NCBI GenBank assembly: GCA_045837725.1
Contig: JBEWZL010000145.1
Coordinates: forward strand, 496,001 to 559,690
Reading direction: 5' to 3'
DNA length: 63,690 nucleotides
Source of the DNA: Vermamoeba vermiformis
Lineage: Eukaryota
The translations under genes were made by a program, and so were the position numbers. Position 1 is the stretch's first letter. Every line of letters starts with the position of its first letter. The notes beneath the pieces are model-generated. The model worked only from the letters and a program-made list of their open reading frames with translations. It searched no databases and was not told the origin of the DNA. This document shows, one piece after another, positions 12,991 to 26,912 of the stretch.

Positions 12991-15900
12991 ATGTTGCGGA
13001 TCAATCAGACCCTGGTGCTGTCACCTCTATTATTAATTGTCATACTTTGCTTCACCTCTCCTACCACAGCACTGGAAATATACTATAATTCTGACTGGGT
13101 TTACGTTGGCAACTTTACTGACAATAGCGGGGCCAGCATTGCACACTTCGACATTTACAAACCCTTATGTCCGGGTACGTCAATTATATTGTCGATATGG
13201 AGATGGTAACTGTCTCCTTAGACTAATTATTCTGATTTAATTCAAATAATTTTGTGACAGGTCGTTACAAGCTTGGCGATCTTGTCATTCCAACAAGCCA
13301 AGGTGCTGAGGTTAACATACCATCACTTTATATGTGTGTCGATGGTCCAAGCGACGAAATCGAAGAAGCAGACCAAGGCACATTTGTTTATGCAGACCAA
13401 AACGTTGTGTTCATCCAAGTTTACTCCAGCAGTCTAACGAACGGTAAGTTTGATTTATTACTTTCACGAGGCAAAAATAGTAAATTTTCACTAGCGGAAG
13501 GCACGCCAAGTATTAACGGTCCCTTGGGGCAAGTCGGGATCAATATCGATAACTGGAATTCCAAATTAGGCGACGTATTGCCGGGGTCATATTTTTATTC
13601 AGATGATACGCGAGGTTATGGCGCTTTCTTGCATCCAAACTGTAGTGTCGTGACTGGAGAGGTAAAGTGCAGAAAGATTTGACAATTATGACAGTCGTCG
13701 CTAAAACTCGTTCAGAAATGCACTGGCACGAATACTTGGGCCGGAGACTTGAGCACAGGTCGCAAAGTCGTTTACTGGAATGGTCTTCAGTTGCTTGGTG
13801 CTGACGGAGGCAATTTGTTTAAAGCGGCGGACAGTCTTAAAGTACTTTATTTGGATCCAGTGTGCCTTCCCGAGACATGTTAGTACCACTGCGTAATCTA
13901 TTACCAATATATTAACGGCGCGTAGGTCTTTGCCCTAAGTGCGTGAACGGCAAATGCATATTCCCCACTGGCCAGTGTTCGTGCGACAACCAATGGACCG
14001 GAGAGAACTGCGACCAGGACATTGACGAATGTGATTTAAATATTGACGATTGCGACGCTTTTGCCACCTGCGTTAACGATGTACCGGGCTATCATTGCGG
14101 TAAGTCCAATCACTATCAATCACTGTTACAATGGCACTGAGCTCCTAACAGTATGTTTTCCCGGCTACACAACAAGTGACGGTGGAAGAACGTGTACTGG
14201 TACGTCAATGACTATTAACCTGTTTAAGTCAATCTTAACGCTAACTCTGGGCAGACATTGACGAGTGCAGCATAAAAGAGTACAACGACAATTGCACCGC
14301 ACAAGCACTGAACTGTACCAACACACCAGGCTCATTCGTGTGCACGGACTGCGAGCTTGGGTTCATTCGAAGTGATAACGGGACCTGCGTTGGTACGTAA
14401 TCTCACAGATTCAATTAGAACGTATGACTGAAGGTACCTTCGACGTGTAGATGCGGCTGAATACTTTTTGTGCGGCAACGGCGTTCTGGATGATGGCGAG
14501 CAATGTGACCGTGGTCGTGGGTGCAACAGCCTTTGTCAGTGCTCGCAAGGATTTTCTCCGAGCAAAACAGTTGACTGCATACAATGTAAGCCATTGCCTT
14601 TATGATTAGCTTATTCTAATACGCATTATAGTGTGTGGCAATGGAGTACTCGACTCGATTGAAGAATGTGACAGTGGCACGGGCTGTTTGAATGTCACGT
14701 GTCGCTGCAATGCAAATCTTGGGTATAAGCCTGCCAACACTACCAGCTGTAGTTTAGGTGTGTTATAGACTCACGCACTAGTCCGTATCTCTAACAATCG
14801 TACAGAGGTGTTTGAGGTCGATGCCTGTGCCAGATTCAATGGCAATTGCAGCACGTGTGCGGCCTTCAATTGTTTGTATTGCAATGTCACTGGCACGTGC
14901 TCTACGACTCGTGTTTCCAGCGACTGTTTGTGTAAGTGGCACCGTTGTTTCTCTGACGAAAACTGACCATTGCCAGCTACTTGCGGAAGCGACAGCGCCA
15001 TTGTCTCCCCAGCTCAATCTCCTAATAACCAGCAAGAGGTCACTGGTAACATTGTCGTTCAAGTTGTGCCTGCTGTGGTCGTCGGGAGTGCAGCACTCAT
15101 TGCAAGCGCAGTCTTGTTGGTCGTCCTGTTGAGACGAAAGAGAAAGAGGAAGGCCAGGGATAGCAGCATCAGCCTATCAGTTAAGAGTTCACTGAATACT
15201 TCCAAATATGGTATTGAGCGCAATGCCCTCGGCAAGATCGAGTACAAACCATGGGAGCCTCCCGCTGACTCCGAGTAAGTGAATCAACATGTCGTTAAGT
15301 CAAGGGCTAACAGCGGGTAGATACGTTCTTGCCAACAAACTTCCTTTCGAATTATCGAAACAGATTGATTTTAATGTGGGCAGTAATCAGTTCAAGGTTG
15401 GCCAGAAGTACACTGATGTTATCACGATAACGACGAAAGACAAGGTACGGATCTGCTTTGAAAAAACGAACCGACCCTAACTTTCATCATAGAAAGGAGC
15501 AACTCAAGGCGGAGTGTCATTCGCTTTACATGCACCAACAACATCAAAGGTGAAAATAGAATTCAACCCGGCATCAGGCATTGTAAAGAAAAGCAAGCCC
15601 GTTGAAGTTGAAGTGACGATGACGATGCAAATGACAACGGAGCTCGATGTTGATATTGGGCTCGAGTGTTCCTCTGAGAAGAAGCACTCTTTTGTCACAC
15701 TTCACTTAATGGGAGAACTATCTTCATTCATCGACCTCGAAGAAGTCGTGCTGGAAGGCGGATCTGGAGCCAAACCAATTGGCGACGGTGCTTTTGGAGT
15801 AGTTTACAAAGGAAAAGTAAGTGAGGATATAACGATGTCTATATATCATATTCTAAGCATGGTCTATCGTTCATAGTATCGAGGCCAAGATGTAGCAGTC

Positions 15901-16847
15901 AAGATGCTGAAAGTGCAAGACATGCCGGAAGAGATGTTGGACGAGTTCGATCGAGAAGTAGATCTCATGAACAAGCTCAGACACAAAAATATCGGTAAGG
16001 AGGTCCCTCTTATATTTGAAACCAATTACTTTTGCTGATATTGTTGTTCGTAGTTCAATTCATTGGTGCGTCAAAGGTGGTTGGTCGCTTTGCCCTCGTA
16101 ACTGAGTTCGTTGAAAGAGGAAACGTCGCAAATGTAAGATCGCAAAGCGTGTGATTAATAGACTAGTCTAAATATATATTTTAGATCGTTTTGAAAGCCA
16201 CCAAGTCCATTGACTTTGCTCTCAAAGTACGTTTTGCTCTGGACGCAGCACGAGCCATGTTATTTTTGCACGAGAACAGAGTGCTCCACCGCGACTTGAA
16301 GCTTGACAATCTCTTGGTAAGTTTGCTTTGAGTACTGTTGACGAGCTTCTGACACGCGTTCTATGACAGTGCGTGTCGACCAATCCCGATGATCCCGTTG
16401 TCGTTAAGCTGACTGATTTTGGCACCTCACGAGCTGTTTCCGAGAAGAGTTCGAACCAATACACAGGTACGTTAAAGTTGTGCTTGTTCCTTGTTGTCTT
16501 GCCCTAACTTTTTCCTTGCAGTCGGTGTTGGTACTCCCATGTACATGTCACCAGAAATTCTCTCCAAGAAGGCCTACGACACCAAGTCAGATGTGTTCAG
16601 CTACGGAGTCATGTTGTGGATTCTTTATTGCCAAAAAGAGCCTTATCAAAATATCGAGCATAGTTGGGAAATAGCGCGATTCATCATTGACGGCAATCGG
16701 GAAAAGATTCCCAAGGATTGTCCGGCTGATTACGCTCAGTTAATTGACGCGTGTTGGGCGCAAGATCCGTCTCAGAGACCTGATTTTCAGACGATTGTGG
16801 AACGGTTAGAGACATTGCAAGCGAAAAACAAGAAAAACAGAGAATAA
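12991..16847 (+). CDS. Single-pass receptor kinase (TKL group) with EGF/Ca-EGF and CGNG..D..E.CD cysteine-rich ectodomain repeats
   Basis: Signal peptide; CSCDNQWTGENCDQDIDEC; CGNGVLDDGEQCD; TM helix followed by RRKRKRK; kinase motifs IGDGAFGVVYKG, VAVK, HRDLK, DFG, GTPMYMSPE, SDVFSYG, CW..DP..RP. Confidence 0.93.
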
Positions 16848-17065
16848 GCTGAGGCCTCTAACCTCTTCGTAATAAAATGAAAACAAAGACCTTCCAACAA
16901 CTTAATTCGGCGCTACTTTTTGTAGAATCATTTTGCTTTGGGAACAAAAAATCCGTCTGGTATTTCTTGCGAGTGCGAAAAGTGTGAACACAGTACCCTA
17001 ATATTGGTACAATTTCACGAGATACTTCGATAGGTGACGTGTTTAATTCCTTGAGTTGATTGCAG

Positions 17066-17434
17066 ATGCAAACCCGAGGTAATGAGGAGAACTTTGAAGA
17101 CGAACTAAGCAAGTTCGCCAAAGAAACAGACTTCACTGAATTCGGGTGTCTCATGTCGGAGCTAGAATACATTACTCCTATTTACGAGGACACTGTGCTT
17201 GAATTGTCTCACAAATTGAAGAACAAAGAAGAACTCTCGAAAGAGGATGACAGTGCCCTACGAATAATACGAAGATTAAGAGAAGCAGCATTATGGTCAT
17301 GGAAAGAGTACTTGGAAAAGAAACGCAATAGCGAATTTGTGCCGTCAAAAGTTCCAGTTGAGTTAGAGAGGTTGCGCAAACATGGTTGGGAGACCCAGAA
17401 ACGCTTAGCTTTAATTCCACTGCCAAGCAAATAA
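17066..17434 (+). CDS. Small hypothetical protein
   Basis: About 120-aa helical, charged ORF followed by AATAAA. Confidence 0.4.
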   Translation: MQTRGNEENFEDELSKFAKETDFTEFGCLMSELEYITPIYEDTVLELSHKLKNKEELSKEDDSALRIIRRLREAALWSWKEYLEKKRNSEFVPSKVPVELERLRKHGWETQKRLALIPLPSK

Positions 17435-17580
17435 ATAAAATTGTACAAGGCATTTACAAATATTCGGTGATTTCGCCGTTAATTTGCAGAACATTGCGCC
17501 TCGGCGGGAACCATTCTATTTTTGCAATAAATAAAGCGTAGTATTTACATTACACTATGTTACACTCGTCTTCCTGAAGA

Positions 17581-20552
17581 TCACGTGCCATCAGGTGTGT
17601 TGGGTGCATCATCACTCTGCGGCGTGCCTTCGCCCGTGGAACGACCTCGCGTCAATAAGATTCCGGTCCGCCGCTTGTTCAGGTTAGAATCTGCCTCGCT
17701 ATTGACCCACGACTTGTTCAACTTAGTGTCAGGTGTTGAGCTAGGTGAACTCTCTTCACTTTCGGTCGGTGTCATCAGTGCCATTCGTGCCAAGTTGGAA
17801 CCGAGTGGAATCAGCACGTGACTCGATCTAGCCCTCGCGACACCAAGGCTCTTTCCTAGCTCGGCACTACTGCGGTTACTCGAAGGCTGGCTGGAATTTT
17901 GAGCTGACTCGCTGTTGCTATTCTCGCTCGTGTCCTCTGAATCAGTCGAGGTTGATTTTCTTCCAATTATTATAACTTTTCTTTCTTCCTCGGTGACTGA
18001 TGAACTAGACGCTGAGCTGTCACTCATCACAGTTGAGGTCTTTTGGTTCTGGCTCATGGTCAAGGCCAGTCTTTGAACCATCACTAGCAAGCAGTTAGGA
18101 TTGATTGCTTGACAACCGTGCTTTTTAACTTACCAGCCGCGCTCTTCATTAAATTTTCTCTCAATTCGTCGCTTGACAAATGCAACCTTTCGAAGTCACT
18201 CTCGTCATCGTTGTCCTCGGTATCGTCAGTGTCAAACATAATGGCACCAAGTGCACGGCCAGTAACTTGGCCAGCGGCTGCTAAAGCACCTTCCAAGATA
18301 TCGTAGCAATTGTCACATACACGCGTCGGATTGGTCGGATGAACTGACTTGACAACTGCTTTGTTCGACGAGCACTTGTGACACACGAGGATACCACAGT
18401 TGCGGCAATGATGCTGCGAATGAGTCAGTATTGGTCGATAGATAAATATAATAACATTGACATACTCGTCGAAATATCGCACTGAATTGTTTGTTACAAC
18501 GCAAGCACGAGTTACTGTGATCATCGCCGATCCATATAGGAGCTATAGTTACGTTAGTTAAGTACATCCACCAAGAGACTATAATACGTACCAAATCCGG
18601 TCTGTGCATCCGCGCTTGACAACTGATTGAATGCCTCGATCCACATGTTCTGTTCTTGTTCGGAGGTTGCAATGCAGATAAATGATTTGCCCTTGCCAAG
18701 CAATTTGAACGCAAACTGCACGTCTATAATACTGCTGTAAGTAAAGTACTAGAGCTGGGGTCCTTGTTAGTACCTCGAGTGGGTGGCATTGCTTGAGCAA
18801 AGTACGCGCCAACAGGGAGTCGTCTGACACATGTCAAAGTGAGCTGAGCCGAGGCACGTGTCGGTAAGGATTGCAACGAAGCTCTGGCATAGTAGATTGC
18901 ACCGCCGACTGGGCTCTTTGGTATTTTAATTACGACGAATCGGCGCACTGTCGGACCTCTCCGAGTAACCTTTCCGAGCCATCCTTCAGCGAGCACTTTG
19001 GAGCCCTCGAGGTGCACGTCATCGAGCTAAAAAAGAGTTAATATGGCTCAATCGTATTTGAGATGCCTACCTCTCGAGGATAACCAAACTGCTTCAAGAC
19101 TCGGTCAACATTCTTCAACATTTCATACTCGCGAATGCTCTCGTTGACTTCTATTGCGACACTTTCTACGCCCTTAATTGCCTTCATTAATGGCACTTTG
19201 TCGGGGTGGCCATCAGGAGTTCGTTTAAGAATGTCCTAAATGTTTCTTAGTATTATTTTCATGAGGTACTATGAACTTACATCGAGCAAAAGAATGTAAC
19301 GAGGAACACGTTGCACGGGTTGGATCAGCAAAGACATGAGATCCAAAATGTCCTTCTGGTCACGAATAGACTTGAGTAAGGCCACAACGGGGTCTTTTTT
19401 GTGTTCTAACTCGAGCATCAATGCTATGGCATCTTGGTGCTTGTGAGCATAGGTAGCATAGGTAGTCCAGTTAGGAGCCTGTGAATCATGCGCCTCGTTA
19501 GCAAAGTTCCAGGAAGTCGCATGTGCGTCGCTTACAAAGTCTAAAAATAGCTGACCGATGCATACTGTCTCCGAGTACTCGTCTGGAATGGCCTTATACA
19601 ACTCGCGCAAGAATCCATGGCATGTCATTATAATCTCCTCAATATTAGCAAATATTTGCTTAATCTTCGCTTCTGTTATTATATCATTGCGATTCATCAA
19701 GGTGATCTTGTATTCCTGCAATTGAAATGTTAGAGATCCGTACGTAATGGGCCTGTTTTCTTACTCTGATAGCCACGTCAAGACTTCGCAAATAAGATTT
19801 CTCCGTATCTATTAGCTCTTGTATTTTAAAGCAACGAGCCTTTCCTGTTTCGCTTTTCTTCGCACCAATTCTAACGTTGCTTGGATCTGGACAAAATGGT
19901 CACCCAGGGGACTTCAACATTGGGTCACGTGTATCACAATACTTACCGTATACCGATATTCTTCTTTCGCTTAGAAGCTTTTCCGTATCCTTTTGAAGCA
20001 AGGACAGCAGCTGTCTCGAAAAGTTAGATCGAAAGAATAAGATAGAATGTGTTCTTTTAATTTTTTTAACATAAGCCCACAATAACAATACCTGAAACGC
20101 TGGCATGAATACATAGAATAGATATTCGTCTTTGAAATCGTGTCCTATTAAATAAAATAAAATTAAAAATTGATCGGATCCCATTTTTCCCTAACGCACA
20201 ACACCTACCCTGAGTGCAATGCTTTATTACACCTCGCTCGATAAGCACTTTCCCAAAAGCAACGGCGTCGTCCCGACTGGCAAAGATCTGGTTCGATACA
20301 AACCAGTCTACTAGATCGCGGCCGATAAACGTTTGAGGGTAAATGCGCAAATGATATTTACGGTCCTCAATTGAAACGCCATTTTTTGGGTCTTGTATTC
20401 TCTTTAATAGGTCCTCTAACTAAAATTGAATTGAAGTTAGCCATACAAAATCTCCTTACGAACCAATTATTGTGTTATTGCTTTGAAAATTGAACTAATA
20501 TTATTACCGCATTAATGTGCTTGTTCATAGCACTAATAAGAGACTTCGACAT
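17581..20552 (-). CDS. DEP-RhoGEF(DH)-PH-FYVE protein
   Basis: DEP: YPQTFIGRDLVDWF..AVAFGKVL. DH: IQELIDTEKSY, IFANIEEI, LIQPVQRVPRYILLL. PH: EGWLGK..WIEAF. FYVE: WIGD..CLRC..RHHCRNCG..C..C..RVCDNC. Confidence 0.92.
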
Positions 20553-20879
20553 GCTTCAGATGCTTTCTGACTTTCCAATTTTTTGTTTGCTTTTATGACG
20601 TTAGTGCCGATGCATCGCAACAATAATGACTGCTGGTTGTATCAACAATATTTTAATGCTCAAATTTTGACCTCTTTCTGGGCATGTCTGACAAAACGAC
20701 AGATGTCAAAAAATTCTCTCGCGGTCACCTAACTTTATGAGACCAAGGATCACGTGCCTCATTCCGGTCCCATTATTAAGAGACCTCAATCTACGACGGA
20801 GTTCATTTTGGTGGCACTTGGCTATGATTAATTTACTATGTACAATTTATTTACAATTTTACAGTTTTGTTTCGCAATT

Positions 20880-22831
20880 TTAAGTGAAGAAGGCGCCACT
20901 ATTGTTGTAACTCTCGAAGTCTTCAAAAATGAGGTACGAATTGTTAATAGGTGCCATTTGGGCGTCTTCGCTCGCAGCAGCACAGACTTCTTCATTGAGA
21001 ATGGCTTGCATGCCAGCAGCGGGCTCTTTTACGTTGCAAATCATGGCTTGGACCGAACGGACCAAAGTAACCATAGGAATGCGAGAACGATTGTTCTTAG
21101 CAAGAGCTTCAAAGTTGATCGCGTTCAATTTGGATTCGAGATCGCGGGTGAGCAAGAGCTTCAAGTTCATGTTTTGAATCTGGTTCAAATAAGTCGACAA
21201 CGATTGAGCGTATCGTTGCATATCTTGCTCCAATCCGAGGTGGCTCAACAAAACTGCGCGGAGACCGTAGATCCAGATCTTGTAGCACTTCAACAACTCG
21301 GTGTTCGAAGTCAACACAGCTTGGTTCTTCTCCAAGATGGATTCAGAGTCGTCCAATCGCTGTTTCACCTCACTAAATACGTACGTTAGCATGAACTCAC
21401 GGATAATAGATCGGGTAATAATGCGTACCGTAAAAGAGTGGGACCGAGCTCGCCAGCCATAGCACCAGCAAGAGTAGCAAAGACAAATGCGGTGTTGAAG
21501 AAGAAGATCATCTTATCAGATGGAGCGGGCGACTACAAAAAAATGAAATGTGAGCACGGATCTCGGTTGTCACTCGTACTAACTGAATGCTTACCTTAGT
21601 CATCAAAGCATTAATCTTCTTCAAACAATGTTCCATCTTCAACGGCTCTCCAGGGCTGTTGAGCAGCTCACCAATGTAAGTTCTGAAAATCGAAATACCC
21701 GAATGAGTACCGAACACAGATCGGATATTAAATCATCTGATAGACTTACACAAATGCAGAGTATCTATCGACATAAGATTCCATATTGGATATTATCGTG
21801 CTGGCATCTTGAACCATAAGTTTGTGTGCTTCGTGTCTACCAATTGATTTGTAATAGTAAGAGATGAACAAGAGAGCGTGCGAGAGCTGTTGAGCAAGAT
21901 CCGATCGCTTTTGAGCTTCGCGCTCTAAGAATAAAATGCGGTAGAGATTTTCAGCAGTTGCCAAGAAATGCTCGGCAATATCATTGTAGGACATCCAGCG
22001 CACACCTAATAGAAGTAGAAGGTCAATAGATATTCTTTAGAAGGTACAAAAGAGTGTAACGGTTAGAAGCTTCCGACATCCTTCGAGAAGAATTTCCAAA
22101 AAAGGGAAAAAGAGCCGCCGCCTGAAATTTAATCTTGACTTACCGTGCATGAAGACTACGCAGTGCTCGTACAAGGTGCTCAATTGCTCGAGAGACTCGC
22201 CTTGGAATCGATTGTTGAGTTGTTCGGGTGTAGACTCGAGGAGATAGTTCCACATTTGAAGGGCAAACTCGGTATTTCCGTGAAACTTGTAGTGATCCAT
22301 GAACAAGGCAATCGCGTGTTGGAAATTGGCGATGGCAGCCTTCATTGCATTGACTCGCGATGACAAGAAGATTTCGCTGTCAGCATTGAATCGTGGCTTG
22401 GTAGAAGCGCCGACGGCACGTGCCGAAGGATCGACTGGAATGGAAGTGCCAGTTTGTTGCAATTGCTGTTGCAAATACTCTACTAATCTCTTTTGGACCT
22501 CCAAGTCGATTTTAAGTTGAGAGTTTGAGCTCTTGAGCTCGTTGAGTTCTTGTTCACTAATTTTACTTCTTTTGTGACTGGATTTGGGGCCTCGCTTGGC
22601 GGCACGAGGATGAAATTCGCAATTTATCTTTCTCTTCGTGCATTGGAAGCAAGGAAAAGAGCCATCGCACTTAATTTTTCTCTTTTTGCAAAATTCGCAA
22701 GCATTGGAAACTATTTTCCTTTTACCAGATGCGTGAGCAGAATCACTGCAAGCTCCAGCAGCCTCGTGCATATCGTCGCAATCTTCTTCGTGAGATAGAG
22801 AGTAGGAGTGGTAAGAAGAATCGTCGCTCAT
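20880..22831 (-). CDS. Zn(II)2Cys6 binuclear-cluster transcription factor
   Basis: ACEFCKKRKIKCDGSFPCFQCTKRKINCEF, followed by KRGPK and a coiled coil; spliced helical C-terminal region. Confidence 0.92.
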
Positions 22832-22984
22832 GGTGTGTAGTTGACAAGTAGCCCTTTCTTGCCTCTTGTTGTCGATGCGCAACCAATAACAATGCTTTCG
22901 TGTTCGAGCACACCAAAAACAATTTAAAATGATATTTTGGCACGTGAACGAATGTTCTATCAGGCTTCAGGAAGTTCGTAAAAT

Positions 22985-23830
22985 CGATTTTCCCAGCCCC
23001 GGCCCGCGGACAAACGGGGTTACGCCGTAAAAAATTCGCCTCAGGAGAAGGAATTTTACGCACATTTCGGTTTTTGGGTTTTACCGATAAACTTCTGTGA
23101 CAGAGCTATAGAACTCGCCTGAGCGAGTCCTAATTTATAAGCGCAAACATATTTATATATTATCTTATATAGTATTACTATGTTCCCTGGTTATTCAAGT
23201 AATCGCCAGCGAACTAAGCCAGATCCAGCAGCTTCTTAGTTATGAAAATTTGTCGAACTCAGAAGTGCGGTCGGCGATTGACAACCTATTGGCGGTGCCT
23301 TATCGGCGCTACATAGGTCTAATAATTTTGAGAGGAATTGGCCCGATCGCCGCTCATTTTAAAGAGCAGACTGGCTCAAAAGGCGATCAATTCTGTGACA
23401 CGGTTTTCGTCGCCTGGCTGAAAACTTTGCGCTCTGAAACTGGGCAAAAAGAATACATATATATATGGGCTATTACTATTGTAGTCAGGTTCGGCAATCG
23501 CCGCTCGAGATACGGAGAGCCAGGTATATTTAAAAATATTTCAGAAAAAACGCATCTGCCCTTGAAAACTACAATTGCAAACATAAACGCATTAACTGGG
23601 CGCACCTAGCCCCCTATCTATTATATCTATGCTTTGGTGCGGAATAATCACTGCAATTTTCGTAATCTCACAATGTGCGTAAAATTTCTTCTCAGGAGGT
23701 TGATTTTGCCGAAGTTTCCCTTTTCTCCGTTCCGCCTCCTTAACGTTTCGCCGAGGGAGGAAAATGCAACCCGAGTTGTGCGCCGGGTGGCAGTTAGAAA
23801 AAACTAAAATACGAAAATCATTTACGGATT
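22985..23830. mobile_element. Degenerate inverted-repeat (MITE-like) element in the intergenic region
   Basis: 23039-23066 cctcaggagaaggaattttacgcacatt matches the reverse complement of 23672-23699 (cctcctgagaagaaattttacgcacatt) at 25/28; weaker outer match between about 22998-23023 and 23766-23787. Confidence 0.5.
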
Positions 23831-24257
23831 TACGATTTTTACGATGGTAGGAAGCATAATAATACGTACTAATATATTGTAAATTATAGGCGAGTTGTCA
23901 TTCTTAAAGTAACGACGGCTCGCGACGGATCATGAGTAAACTCACTACCATTTATGGTTTAAGAAATAGTTTCTGTCGCTCAAAAACATTGCATACTCTA
24001 AAATGTAACTTTGGAAAATCTGAAGCACTATTAGCCAACTATTGCGAGTGTACTAAGTCCAGATCCGATTACGTAATCGTTTTCTCAAATCCTCGCGATC
24101 CCATTTCCTTCATCCTGCAAGTTGTCAAATATTAGCATGTAATGACTTGGGCGCGTGTTATTGCAGACTGTTCGGTGATCTGTGTTGTGGTTTACGCGTA
24201 AAATTGTATTTCCTAAACTTCTCATTTCAGCGCTCTATCCTAACGCCGCACCAGAAA

Positions 24258-25572
24258 ATGGGTAGTCTAAGATATTTATTAGCTCTCTTTCTTGTGCTTG
24301 CCTGTGTATTCATTGTTGCTGAAGCTAAATCCGCTCGTTACTATGACATGATCACAGCAATGATTGTAAGGGGCCCCTTCAAGACCAATTAAAATTGCAA
24401 TAATCTTCTATAATATATATGGTTGTTAATAGCTAATTTCTCGCTAGGAAGGAAGAGACTATTATAAAATGTTAGATGTCTCCAGAACCGCTTCTGCTGA
24501 CGAAATTAAGAAAGCCTTTCGCAAGCTCTCATTGCAATAGTACGTATGATTTTTAGAAACTCGTAAATAAATTTTTCAACCGGTTCATGGTCTGATCGTT
24601 CAATTTGGATCCAGCCATCCAGACAAGAATAAATCTCCGGAAGCAACAAAAATATTTATTGAAGTAAGCGATGCCTACGAAATTTTAAGCGACCCAGAGT
24701 CAAGAGCTGACTACGATCAATTGCTAGTAACGGGTAGGTCGTCGTGCGCTATAATGACATCTTGCACGTTCTAATCAAATTGTAAGGTATTCCTTGGCAC
24801 GAGAGATATTATGGTCGACATATGCATCGTTGGGGTGCTCCAGAGCATGACATTCGGTACGTTATTATAATTAAACTTTACGAACCGATAGTAATTGATT
24901 TCTTTTTAGCTACGTCCTTCTCTATCTGTATATATTCATCAATGTAGCTAAATATGCGTACCAATGGTACCGACACCGGACTATCATCCGATTGATTAAG
25001 AATACACCGCAGTACAAAATGAAATTGAACCAATACAGACAGTCCAAAGGCCTCGGTAATACTTACTACGATTTCTAAAAGTACGAATGTATATTAATGC
25101 CTATGATAGATAAGAAGAAAAAGAGTGACGATAATGAAGACGACGGAGAACCTCCAATTTTAGCAGTCGGCGCTGAGCCCCCAGAATGGACTGATATTCT
25201 TACCATTCAGATAATCGTTGGTGTTTATAGCCTTTTTAAGTATATTGGAACTTGGATCTATTGCAAAGTTACTGGTAAAGAGATGGAGACTGTTGACTAC
25301 GATGAACTTCAACGAATAAAATTGAAGATGACGAAAGAAGAATACGAGTTGGAGAAGCGAAAGGCTATTGCCGTAAGTAGAGCAATATTAATCTTATTTA
25401 AGTCTATCAGTATCTGACCGCCGTTGCCAGCAAATGGAAAAATTCAAAAATAGCTCCAAGATGAAACGCTTCAGGTAAGAATCAAATACGTGTCACGTGA
25501 TAGTCGAGGCTAATCGTGATAATTCTTAGACGATTTATGAAGACGCACGAGCCTGTCAATCATTTTGACTGA
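24258..25572 (+). CDS. ER-type DnaJ protein with signal peptide and TM segments (DNAJC25-like)
   Basis: Signal peptide; [41 protein letters not shown]...YD J-domain, with an intron just before HPD. Confidence 0.88.
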
Positions 25573-25642
25573 GAAATAAAACCGAATTTTTTAATTTACG
25601 CGTAAATACTGCAACAGCAGAAGTTAAACAATATTAATAGTA

Positions 25643-26884
25643 ATGCACTGTGAGACTATTAACGTTGTCGATTTATATAACACCTTGTCCGTTATTCCCG
25701 GTGATAAGCATCCAGCCCCTCTTCCGGTATTAATTCAATATTTAATTTAAAATTCAAGCCGATTGTATTTTTAAAATAATTAAACTACGACAAGATTATC
25801 ACGTTAGATTAAATATTTTTATTTGTTCCAGATCGACTTGCGCACCTCAGTGGACTTTGACAAAAGCCACGTCCGCTCAGCAATTAACATTAGAGTTCCT
25901 GAAAATTATAAGGGTAATTAAAATGGAATATAACCAACTCTGACTCAGTGTAGATGTGCTCAAAGCTGCCTCGGACCTCATGAAGTATTGTAACGAAGAG
26001 GGCAAGCCTAAGTACCAGTGGAAATCTATTTTTAACATAATAGTATACGACGAACGAAATCGTAGCGACAGAATAGACTTTGTGGTCAATTTATTGATGA
26101 CTTCTGGAGAGCGCTTTATCTCGATCCGTCAGCTTGATGCATCAGGTATTTATTCCTTAGAGGCCCCTGAATACATGCTTATAGTCATCTTTTAGAAGGA
26201 TTTGATGCTTTCGAAGAGCGATTTCCATTTCGTTGCGAAGGAAGTAGGCTGAAAGCACTGGGTGACAAACACGAACTATACCCCTCGCTCATTTGTTCAG
26301 GACTGTTTCTAGGAAGTTATAGACAAGCTTCGCGGCAACAACAGTTCATAGACCTTAAAATTAGTCACGTGGTGAACTGTGCATTGCACGATTGCAAAAA
26401 CATGTTCGAGCAGAATGGTATTACATATTTAAACTTGATACTTGAGGACGATGAGAATCAGAAACTGGAAGGGCCAGAGCTAAACAAAGCATTAGAGTTC
26501 ATTCGTAAGTTCGTGCTATTAAATCTGTTTTGTGCTAATAATTCTGTAGACCTTTCAATCGGAGGCGGATCAAATGTGCTCGTTCATTGTTTGGTATTGT
26601 TTGCTATTAGACTTACAATGTTAATTAATCTAATGTAAAATAGGCAGGCAAAAGTCGCTCTGCAGCCGTGGTCACCGCGTACCTCATCAAATATCACAAG
26701 ATGACCTTCGCCGACGTACGTTGATTCTTTTCGTCAATTATGTTCGATTAATGGATATAATTAGGCTTTAAATCACGTTAGAAGGTGTAGAGTGAATATT
26801 GATATTAATGGTGGGTTTATACGCCAGCTTAAAGCAATGGCAGACGAGTTTTCTGCGGTAAATTCAGGATCACAAGCAGAGTGA
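25643..26884 (+). CDS. Dual-specificity (MAPK-type) phosphatase with N-terminal rhodanese-like domain
   Basis: IDLRTSVDFDKSHVRSAINI; LFLGS; VLVHCL/AGKSRSAAVVTAYL (CX5R); INGGFIRQL. Confidence 0.9.
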
Positions 26885-26912
26885 CAGTGACGACACTAGC
26901 ACAAGCACAACA

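Noticed and set aside
23250-23609. 119-aa ORF inside the inverted-repeat element as a transposase
   Set aside because: Non-ATG start and no recognisable motifs.
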